From contig NZ_CP040006.1 in assembly GCF_005696695.1 (NCBI RefSeq), positions 450,001-482,000 on the forward strand: a stretch of 32,000 nucleotides of DNA, written 5' to 3'. The notes beneath the pieces were generated by a model that searched no databases, was not told the origin of the DNA, and saw only the letters and a list, made by a program, of their open reading frames with translations. Position 1 is the first letter of the stretch. The number at the start of each line of letters is the position of its first letter. The position numbers and the translations under genes are program-made. Below are positions 6,652 through 13,136 of the stretch, piece by piece. This DNA is from Schaalia odontolytica (GTDB lineage Bacteria > Actinomycetota > Actinomycetes > Actinomycetales > Actinomycetaceae).

Positions 6652-7809
6652 TCAGGCCTCCTGAAAGAGAGCCTGGGGGGAACGCAGCGTATCCCCGAGC
6701 GTGAGCGTCTCGACGTGGTCGAGGCCTCGACGAGCGGCGCCGACAACCACGGCCCGAGAACCCAGATCCGAAGTACGCACATCCGGCACGCGCAGGACCA
6801 GTTCCGTCAGGCGCTGCGTGAAGGCATCCATCCACACGTCGGCGGACGCTGAAATGCCGCCGCCCACGATGAGGGCCTCGGGGTCGACCGTCAGGACCAG
6901 CGCGGACGCGCCGACGGCGAGGTTGCGACCAAACGACCGCGCGATCTTGAGGGCTTCTCGATCCCCCTCGCGCGCCTGATCGCACACCCACTGAGCGGCC
7001 CGATGCGTCGGAATGTCATCGGGCAGACGCGAGTGCGTGAGGAAGACAGCCGGGGTCGAACTCCACTTCAGCGTCTTGAGGGCGCCGACCTCGCCGGCCG
7101 CCCCACCCGCTCCCCGGCACACCGTCCCATCGATCATGAAAGATGCGCCAATGCGCGCGCCCGCCATGATGTAGGCGGCAGAGGAGAGGTCTTGCGCCTG
7201 GCCGGTCCAGGCCTCGGCCGCGAGGGCGCACTTACAGTCGTTTTCCACGAGGACGGCGCATCCGTAGCGCTCGCGCAGCTCATCCGCGATGTTCACCGAA
7301 TCCCACCCGGGCAGGGGAGTGCCGTACGGGGAACGCCCCTCGGCGTCGACGGGGCCCGTGAGAGCAACGGAAATGACGGTCAGGCGCTCGCGGACGACGC
7401 CCTTCACGTTCAGTGCGTCCTCCAGGAGGGCCAGGGCCGTACTCAGACGCTCCGACGCCGGTGCCTCCGGAGACACGTCGGCCCGCAACGACGCGAGGGA
7501 CGATCCCACGAGGTTCGTCGCCAGGACGTCAATGTGGTTCGCGCCAATGTCGAGACCGACGACGACGCCGGCCTCGGACTGGAAACGGTAGCGCTTGGCA
7601 GGACGCCCGGTGATCGATGGAGCAGGGGGCAGCGACGACACCCAGCCGAGTTCCTCGCAGTCCGCGATCGTCGCACCGACCGACGTGCGCGACAGCCCGG
7701 TCTCCTGAGCAATCTGGCTTACGGTGGCCTCGTCGACGGTGCGCAGGTAGGCAAGAATCGCGAGCGAATTCAGCTCGCGAATGCGGTCTGGGCCGTGGGT
7801 GGCGCTCAT
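6652..7809 (-). CDS. ROK-family transcriptional regulator (N-terminal winged-HTH plus ROK sugar-sensing domain; atypical, no Zn-Cys motif)
   Basis: 385 aa with RBS TAGGAGGA 5 nt upstream. The wHTH segment is ILAYLRTVDEATVSQIAQETGLSRTSVGATIADCEELGWV. The ROK core has VVVGLDIGANHI, LVENDCKCALAAEAW and GAAGEVGALKT, with no His/Cys Zn signature following. Confidence 0.85.
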   Translation of the reverse strand: MSATHGPDRIRELNSLAILAYLRTVDEATVSQIAQETGLSRTSVGATIADCEELGWVSSLPPAPSITGRPAKRYRFQSEAGVVVGLDIGANHIDVLATNLVGSSLASLRADVSPEAPASERLSTALALLEDALNVKGVVRERLTVISVALTGPVDAEGRSPYGTPLPGWDSVNIADELRERYGCAVLVENDCKCALAAEAWTGQAQDLSSAAYIMAGARIGASFMIDGTVCRGAGGAAGEVGALKTLKWSSTPAVFLTHSRLPDDIPTHRAAQWVCDQAREGDREALKIARSFGRNLAVGASALVLTVDPEALIVGGGISASADVWMDAFTQRLTELVLRVPDVRTSDLGSRAVVVGAARRGLDHVETLTLGDTLRSPQALFQEA

Positions 7810-7846
7810 GGGTCCTCCTAACCTGTGGGTACCACCAGGATCTCAT

Positions 7847-7893
7847 CCCCCAGGGTAGGCCCTTTTCAGCGTGAGTGGGGCCTACCCAGGGGG
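7847..7893 (-). terminator. Stem-loop downstream of the surface glycosidase-like gene
   Basis: CCCCCAGGGTAGGCC (7847..7861) pairs with GGCCTACCCAGGGGG (7879..7893) as a 15-bp stem with one A/A mismatch and a 17-nt loop. It begins 13 nt past the stop at 7906 and lies upstream of the regulator start at 7809. Confidence 0.6.
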
Positions 7894-7905
7894 CATGTAT
7901 GCAGG

Positions 7906-9588
7906 TCAGCGCCTATGAGCGCGCCTGTAGAGCAGCGTTCCGGCTCCCGCCATCGCCGCGATGCAGACGAGAGAAGCCAGCGCGTTCGTGCCGGTGCGAG
8001 CCAGCGAGGAGGGCTGGGTCGCCTGCGGTGCGCTCGCGGCCACGGGGGCGCTGGTCGGCGAGGCAGACGAGGCCGGATCACTCGGAGCAGCCGTGTCCTG
8101 CGGCGTGGGGCTGGGAGCGTTGGTGGCATCCATGCGCTGGACGGTCGTCAGCGTCAGGGCGCCGGGCAGCATCGTGTTCATGCCGCTGTTGGCGAAGACG
8201 ACGGGAGCTCCGTTCGGCAGCGGGTTGACGACGCGGATCGTTGCGGTCAGATCATCGGCGACCGCGCGAGCACCGCCGCGGGCTGGCGGGACCGTGACGT
8301 GCGCCGTGACCGTGCCGGTGGTCCCGGGAGTGATCGAGGGCAGCGGGGATTCGACGATCTGGCTCGCGACCGTGGAGCCGACGCCGTCAACCAGGGACAC
8401 CTCGATCGGCCAGGAGGCGTAGAAGGGTGCGACGCCGGTGTTCGCGATCTCGACGGAGACGGTGGCGTCGTTGCCGGTGATGGACGCTGCGGCCTTCGTC
8501 GCCTGGAGGGTGTAGCCCATCGCGGCGTTCGCTTCCTCGGCGCGCTTCATGTCATCGCCCTGGTATCCAACCGTGAATGCCTTCTCGTTAATGAGCCAGG
8601 TGGCGTGCGTGGCCTTGATCGAGCCCATCATGTCGAAGTTGCGGCCCTGGGCGCGCTCGGCCTCGGCTCCCGCGCAGTTGAGGGGCTGGGAGAAGATGCA
8701 CGTCTGCAGCGGCGGGTAGACCTCGCCGCCGATGGGTGCACTGCGCCAGGCGTCCGTTTCGTTCTGGTTCTTCATGTGGGACATGAAGTGCCAGTCGACG
8801 TTATCCAGCGTGGAATACGCGAAGGAATCGTCGTGGTAGCCCATGTGGTGTTCCTTCGTCGCCGACGTGGGGAGTCGGTACTGCACGAAGGTCTTGTCGA
8901 AGGCCTTGTCCCATTGCGCGACCAGCTTGGCGCGGAACTCGTCCGAGGGCATCCAGTTCTCGCCCTTGGGGTTATCGGCGCTCTTCTCGCCGTTCATCGG
9001 CCAGGTGTGGTCCTCTCCCCAGAAGCCGATGAGGCCCGCGGTGATGTAACCGATGCGGGGGTCGCCGTCGTACTTCTTGCCCAGGGCGTCCACGAAGTGC
9101 AGGAGCATCTCCTGGACCGCTGGGTCGTTGTAGTCGGGGGAGAAGGAGACGTTGTTGTTGTCGAAGACCGTGTAGGTGCGCGACGTGTCGGTGCCCGCGT
9201 CGATGAGGTACTGGGGGACGCCGGTTTTACGCGTGGGGTAGTCGAGGTAGAAGCGGATCGCCGACTGGTCGCCGCGCGACGCGATGGCGTCGAGGAGCGC
9301 ATCGACCTTCGTGAAGTCGTAGGTGTCGCGCCCGGTCACGACCGCGTTGACGGGGAAGTATGCCCACTCCATCGTGTAGGGGAGTGCCCCCTCGACGGCC
9401 TTGGGGGCGGAGCCATCCTCCGGTGCGAAGGGGAAGAAGCCCTTGAGGGGGTTCATGATCGGAGCGTCGGCCGCTTCGAGCGCCGTCCACTGGACGGTGT
9501 CATTCTCCGTCGCCGAGGCCGGCAGCGCTGCGCATGTCAGGCCTGCAGTGGCCGCCAGAGCCACGGCAATTCGGGGAAAACGTCTCAT
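7906..9588 (-). CDS. Cell-wall-anchored (LAxTG sortase substrate) TIM-barrel glycoside-hydrolase-like protein, DUF4874/DUF4832-like
   Basis: The track ORF extends to 9624. I prefer the ATG at 9588, which has AAAGGAG 8 nt upstream. The signal peptide is MRRFPRIAVALAATAGLTCAALPASA. Candidate clan-A-style Glu motifs are GLIGFWGEDH and PIGGEVYP. The C-terminal part is beta-sandwich-like, followed by a Pro/Ser/Thr-rich linker. The gene ends in LARTG, a hydrophobic segment and RRAHRR, a classic sorting signal. Family assignment is from memory only. Confidence 0.85.
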   Translation of the reverse strand: MRRFPRIAVALAATAGLTCAALPASATENDTVQWTALEAADAPIMNPLKGFFPFAPEDGSAPKAVEGALPYTMEWAYFPVNAVVTGRDTYDFTKVDALLDAIASRGDQSAIRFYLDYPTRKTGVPQYLIDAGTDTSRTYTVFDNNNVSFSPDYNDPAVQEMLLHFVDALGKKYDGDPRIGYITAGLIGFWGEDHTWPMNGEKSADNPKGENWMPSDEFRAKLVAQWDKAFDKTFVQYRLPTSATKEHHMGYHDDSFAYSTLDNVDWHFMSHMKNQNETDAWRSAPIGGEVYPPLQTCIFSQPLNCAGAEAERAQGRNFDMMGSIKATHATWLINEKAFTVGYQGDDMKRAEEANAAMGYTLQATKAAASITGNDATVSVEIANTGVAPFYASWPIEVSLVDGVGSTVASQIVESPLPSITPGTTGTVTAHVTVPPARGGARAVADDLTATIRVVNPLPNGAPVVFANSGMNTMLPGALTLTTVQRMDATNAPSPTPQDTAAPSDPASSASPTSAPVAASAPQATQPSSLARTGTNALASLVCIAAMAGAGTLLYRRAHRR

Positions 9589-9616
9589 CGTTGAGACTCC
9601 TTTCGATACTGGGACG

Positions 9617-9638
9617 TGCAACACATTAAAGTGTTGCA
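9617..9638. promoter_or_regulatory. Inverted repeat TGCAACAC-N6-GTGTTGCA upstream of the surface glycosidase-like gene
   Basis: Perfect 8-bp arms with an AT-rich 6-bp spacer (ATTAAA), 29-50 bp upstream of the minus-strand start at 9588. Candidate operator or 5-prime-UTR hairpin. Confidence 0.4.
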
Positions 9639-9665
9639 GTACACACAGTGAAGCACGTGAGCAGC

Positions 9666-9692
9666 AACTTTGTCAACGGTCTTGACAAAGTT
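9666..9692. promoter_or_regulatory. Perfect palindrome AACTTTGTCAA-N5-TTGACAAAGTT (candidate operator, plausibly for the adjacent ROK regulator)
   Basis: 11-bp arms are perfectly complementary by direct reading. The palindrome lies in the 153-bp divergent intergenic region. Its right arm contains the -35-like TTGACA of the ABC-operon promoter, and the left arm presents TTGACA on the opposite strand. Confidence 0.55.
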
Positions 9693-9712
9693 TGTTAGAG
9701 CTGTTTTATAAT
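9682..9712 (+). promoter_or_regulatory. Near-consensus sigma-70-type promoter of the ABC importer operon
   Basis: TTGACA (9682..9687) and TATAAT (9707..9712) with a 19-nt spacer, or TTATAA with an 18-nt spacer. It is about 30 nt upstream of the ATG at 9742. Sequence pattern only. Confidence 0.5.
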
Positions 9713-9741
9713 TACGTGTCGCATCACTGGAGGTGTTCTCG

Positions 9742-10749
9742 ATGACGAGTACAACACTTACAAAAGGGGGCGGAGTTGCCCCCTACCTAGCAGGAACTAC
9801 AAGCAGTTCCAAGGCCTCGGCCCGCAAGGGGACGGGTGCCGCCATCTCGCCTTCCGGCAAGAGTGCGGGAGCGGGGAAAAAGCGCGTGCGTGACGACCGA
9901 GTCGCCGCCGCTATCTTCCTCATTCCCACCTTCGTCGGCTTCTTCGTCTTCTACGTCTACCCGGCCCTGCGCGGCCTGTGGTACTCCTTCACCGACTTCA
10001 ACCTGATCGGAGACGCCCACTACGTCGGCCTCGATAACTACGCGAAAGCGATCGGGGACAAGGAAGTCTGGAATGCCTTCGCGGTGACCATCGCCTACGC
10101 CCTCTACAACATCATCGGGCAGACGTTCCTGGGCCTCCTTCTCGCCGCTCTCATGCAGCGATTCGCCCGATCCACGTGGGTGCGCTCCCTCCTCCTGCTT
10201 CCCTGGCTGGTGCCCAACGTCGCCATCGCCCTCATCTGGGGCTGGCTCCTCGACTCCAACATCGGCTACGTGACCCACCTGCTCAGCTACATCGGCATCG
10301 ACGGGGTGACCTTCTACAACGCCCACGCCGCCATGCCGATCGTCGCAGGCATCAACATCTGGGCCTACACCGGGTACACCGCGCTGCTCCTGTATGCGGG
10401 CATGCTCCAAATCCCCGGCGAGCTCTACGAAAGTGCAGCGCTGGACGGCGCGGGAGAAACGCGCATGTTCTTCAGCATCACGCTTCCCCTGCTGCGCCCG
10501 GTCCTCGTCCTTGTCCTCGTCATGGGCCTGATCGGAAGCTTCCAGATCTTCGACACCGTCCAAATCGGATACGCCGGGCACCCGATCCCCGCCGTCCGAG
10601 TCATCTACTACTACATCTACCAGCAGGGCTTCACCTTCCTGAAGATGGGCTACGCGTCCGCCGTCGCCATGCTGCTGGTGGTCGTACTCGCCATCTTCAC
10701 CGCGATCCAGCTGCGCCTCATGCGCGCCGGTTCCTCTGACCTGGCATAA
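9742..10749 (+). CDS. Carbohydrate ABC transporter permease (CUT1, MalF/UgpA-like)
   Basis: The track ORF starts at GTG 9733. I prefer the ATG at 9742 with GGAGG 8 nt upstream. After a Ser/Gly/Lys-rich cytoplasmic N-terminus comes AAIFLIPTFVGFFVFYVYPALRGLWYSFTDF. The EAA-loop region is ESAALDGAGETRMFFSITLPLLRP. There are multiple TM segments. Confidence 0.9.
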   Translation: MTSTTLTKGGGVAPYLAGTTSSSKASARKGTGAAISPSGKSAGAGKKRVRDDRVAAAIFLIPTFVGFFVFYVYPALRGLWYSFTDFNLIGDAHYVGLDNYAKAIGDKEVWNAFAVTIAYALYNIIGQTFLGLLLAALMQRFARSTWVRSLLLLPWLVPNVAIALIWGWLLDSNIGYVTHLLSYIGIDGVTFYNAHAAMPIVAGINIWAYTGYTALLLYAGMLQIPGELYESAALDGAGETRMFFSITLPLLRPVLVLVLVMGLIGSFQIFDTVQIGYAGHPIPAVRVIYYYIYQQGFTFLKMGYASAVAMLLVVVLAIFTAIQLRLMRAGSSDLA

Positions 10750-10759
10750 GGAGCTCATC

Positions 10760-11638
10760 ATGAATCGCACAGCGCTCCCGCAACGCATCGTCGCCTGGCT
10801 GATTCTCGGGGTCGCCATCCTGTGTACGGTCTTCCCCTTCTACTGGATGATTCGCACCGCGATGACCCCCCAAGCGGACCTCATCGCAGAATCGACGCAG
10901 CTGTGGCCCTCGCACCCCACGCTCATCAACTTCAAGCGCATCCTCGGCCTCGTCTCCGTCGAAGAAGCGCAGGCAGCGGGTGGTAGCGGGGCGACGATCA
11001 ACTTCGCGATCGCGACGACCAACTCCCTCATCTACGCCGGAGGCATCGCGATCATTCAGACCTTCTTCGCCGCGTGCGCAGCCTACGCTTTCGCTCGCCT
11101 GCGCTTCCCCGGCAAGAACCTGCTCTTTGGGTGCGTCATCGGCGCACTCATGGTGCCGGGCATCTTCTCCCTGCTGCCCAACTACGTGCTCATCAAGCAG
11201 CTCGGATGGCTCAACACCATGCAGGGCATGATGCTCCCCGCTCTCTTCATGGCTCCCTTCTCCATCTTCTTCCTGCGCCAGTTCTTCCTCTCCCTGCCGC
11301 GCGAAGTCGAAGAGGCCGCCATGATCGACGGTCTGGGACCCGTCTCCCGCTTCTTCAAGATCACCATCCCGATGTCGGCCGGCCCCGTCATGACGATGAC
11401 CCTCATCACCATCATCGGCATGTGGAAAGACTTCCTCTGGCCGCTCCTGACGGGGCGCGAGGGAGCCCAGCTGCTCACCGTCGCGCTGGGGATCTTCCAG
11501 CAGCAGTCTCCCAACCGCGCCCCCGACTGGACGGGCCTGATGGCGGGATCCACCCTCTCCGTCATTCCCGTCCTCATCCTCCTCATCCTCATGGGACGCA
11601 AGCTCGTTGAGTCCCTGAACTTCTCCGGAATCAAGTAA
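10760..11638 (+). CDS. Carbohydrate ABC transporter permease (CUT1, MalG/UgpE-like)
   Basis: 292 aa with AAGGAG 6 nt upstream. The EAA loop is EEAAMIDGLGPVSRFFKITIPMSAGP. The hydrophobic profile is typical of six TM segments. Confidence 0.9.
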   Translation: MNRTALPQRIVAWLILGVAILCTVFPFYWMIRTAMTPQADLIAESTQLWPSHPTLINFKRILGLVSVEEAQAAGGSGATINFAIATTNSLIYAGGIAIIQTFFAACAAYAFARLRFPGKNLLFGCVIGALMVPGIFSLLPNYVLIKQLGWLNTMQGMMLPALFMAPFSIFFLRQFFLSLPREVEEAAMIDGLGPVSRFFKITIPMSAGPVMTMTLITIIGMWKDFLWPLLTGREGAQLLTVALGIFQQQSPNRAPDWTGLMAGSTLSVIPVLILLILMGRKLVESLNFSGIK

Positions 11639-11672
11639 CGCACCCGCGGGTGCCCAACCGAAAGAAATACCC

Positions 11673-13031
11673 ATGAAGACACGAGTCGCCTTTGGCGTTT
11701 TCCTCGCTGCAGCGATGGCGCTGCCCCTGGCCGCGTGCAATGCGAACACCACTGCAACCGGTGGTGGTGAATCCTCCGCAGACAGCGGCGTCACCATCAA
11801 CTACTGGCTGTGGGACGACCGTCAGGCCCCGCTGTACCAGCAGTGCGCTGACGACTTCCATGCCGCCAACCCCAACATCACCGTCAAGATCACGCAGACC
11901 GCGTGGGGACAGTACTGGGACACGCTCACCACGCAGCTGGCCGCCTCCAACGCCCCCGACACCTTCGTTGATCACTCCACCCGCATGCTGCAGTTTATCG
12001 ACTCGGGCCAGATCATGGACATCACCGACGCGGCCAACAAGGCTGGAATCGATGACTCGATCTACCAGCCCGGACTGGCCGACCTGTCCAAGTACGAGGG
12101 CAAGCGCTACGGCCTGCCCAAGGACTGGGACACCATGGGCCTGCTCTACGACACCGAGGTCGCAGCCGAGGCCGGCTACACCAAGGAGGACATGGCGGCC
12201 CTGACGTGGAACCCCACGGACGGTGGCACCTTCGAGCAGTTCATCGCGAAGACGACCCTGGACGCCAATGGCCACAACGGCCTCGACCCTGAGTTCGATA
12301 AGAACAACGTCGTGCGCTACGGCTACCACCCCGAGTGGTCCGACGGAGCGATCGGCCAGAACGGCTGGGGTGAGCTCGCGGCCGCGAACGGCTTCACCTA
12401 CGGCGACCGTTCCGTCAACCCCACGAAGTTCAACTTCGGCGACAAGTCCCTCGTGGACACGGTCGCGTGGATCAAGGGACTGATTGATAAGGGCTACGCG
12501 CCCAAGTTCGATAAGACCTCGTCCCTGGGTACCGACGCCGTGATGAACAACGGTAACGCCGCCTCGACGATCGCCGGTTCCTTCACGACCTCCGTCTACC
12601 TCGGCCCGGACGCGAAGAAGAAGTTCGCCTACGCGCCGCTTCCCACCGGCCCCGCCGGTCGCCGCTCCGCGATGAACGGCCTGCACGACGTCGTGTGGAG
12701 CGGAACCAAGCACCCCGAGGAGTCCTTCCAGTGGATCGCCTACATGGCCTCCGAGGCCTGCCAGATGAAGGTCGGCGAGTCCGGCGTCATCTTCCCCGCC
12801 GTCACCAAGGCGACCGAAGCCGCCCTCAAGGCTCGTGAAGCCCAGGGCCAGGACAACAGCGCATTCACGACCGTCGTGGACAACAAGGAAACCTTCCCGG
12901 TGCCCGTCTTCGCTCACGGCGACGAGGTGAACGCCCTCATCCAGGACGCGATCCAGGCGATCGCCACCGGTGCGGACCCCGCCTCGACCCTGCAGGAAGC
13001 CAACGACAAGGCAAACGCCCTGCTCAAGTAA
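11673..13031 (+). CDS. Extracellular sugar-binding lipoprotein of the ABC importer (family 1 SBP)
   Basis: 452 aa. The signal peptide with lipobox is MKTRVAFGVFLAAAMALPLAAC. INYWLWDD near the mature N-terminus and the overall Trp/Tyr/Asp-rich composition are typical of CUT1 binding proteins. Confidence 0.9.
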   Translation: MKTRVAFGVFLAAAMALPLAACNANTTATGGGESSADSGVTINYWLWDDRQAPLYQQCADDFHAANPNITVKITQTAWGQYWDTLTTQLAASNAPDTFVDHSTRMLQFIDSGQIMDITDAANKAGIDDSIYQPGLADLSKYEGKRYGLPKDWDTMGLLYDTEVAAEAGYTKEDMAALTWNPTDGGTFEQFIAKTTLDANGHNGLDPEFDKNNVVRYGYHPEWSDGAIGQNGWGELAAANGFTYGDRSVNPTKFNFGDKSLVDTVAWIKGLIDKGYAPKFDKTSSLGTDAVMNNGNAASTIAGSFTTSVYLGPDAKKKFAYAPLPTGPAGRRSAMNGLHDVVWSGTKHPEESFQWIAYMASEACQMKVGESGVIFPAVTKATEAALKAREAQGQDNSAFTTVVDNKETFPVPVFAHGDEVNALIQDAIQAIATGADPASTLQEANDKANALLK

Positions 13032-13039
13032 TCGCGAGC

Positions 13040-13070
13040 GGCCCGGCGCGTGAAGGATGCGCGCCGGGCC
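13040..13070 (+). terminator. GC-rich stem-loop immediately after the binding-protein gene (intra-operon attenuator / mRNA-stabilising hairpin candidate)
   Basis: GGCCCGGCGCG (13040..13050) pairs perfectly with CGCGCCGGGCC (13060..13070) as an 11-bp stem with a 9-nt loop, 9 nt after the TAA stop. No U-tract. The next gene starts 67 nt later. Confidence 0.5.
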
Positions 13071-13136
13071 TCCTCGCTCCCGCTGACATCATTGCCCCGC
13101 CCTGATCGGTGCTGGCGCCGCTGCAAGGAGCCTCCC

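Noticed and set aside
7825-9594. 589-aa plus-strand ORF covering the whole surface glycosidase-like gene
   Set aside because: It is exactly antisense to a gene with clear signal peptide, catalytic-type motifs, sorting signal and a paralog. Its product is Arg/Gly/Val/Asp-rich low-information sequence with no RBS. This is a typical stop-codon-poor antisense frame of high-GC DNA.
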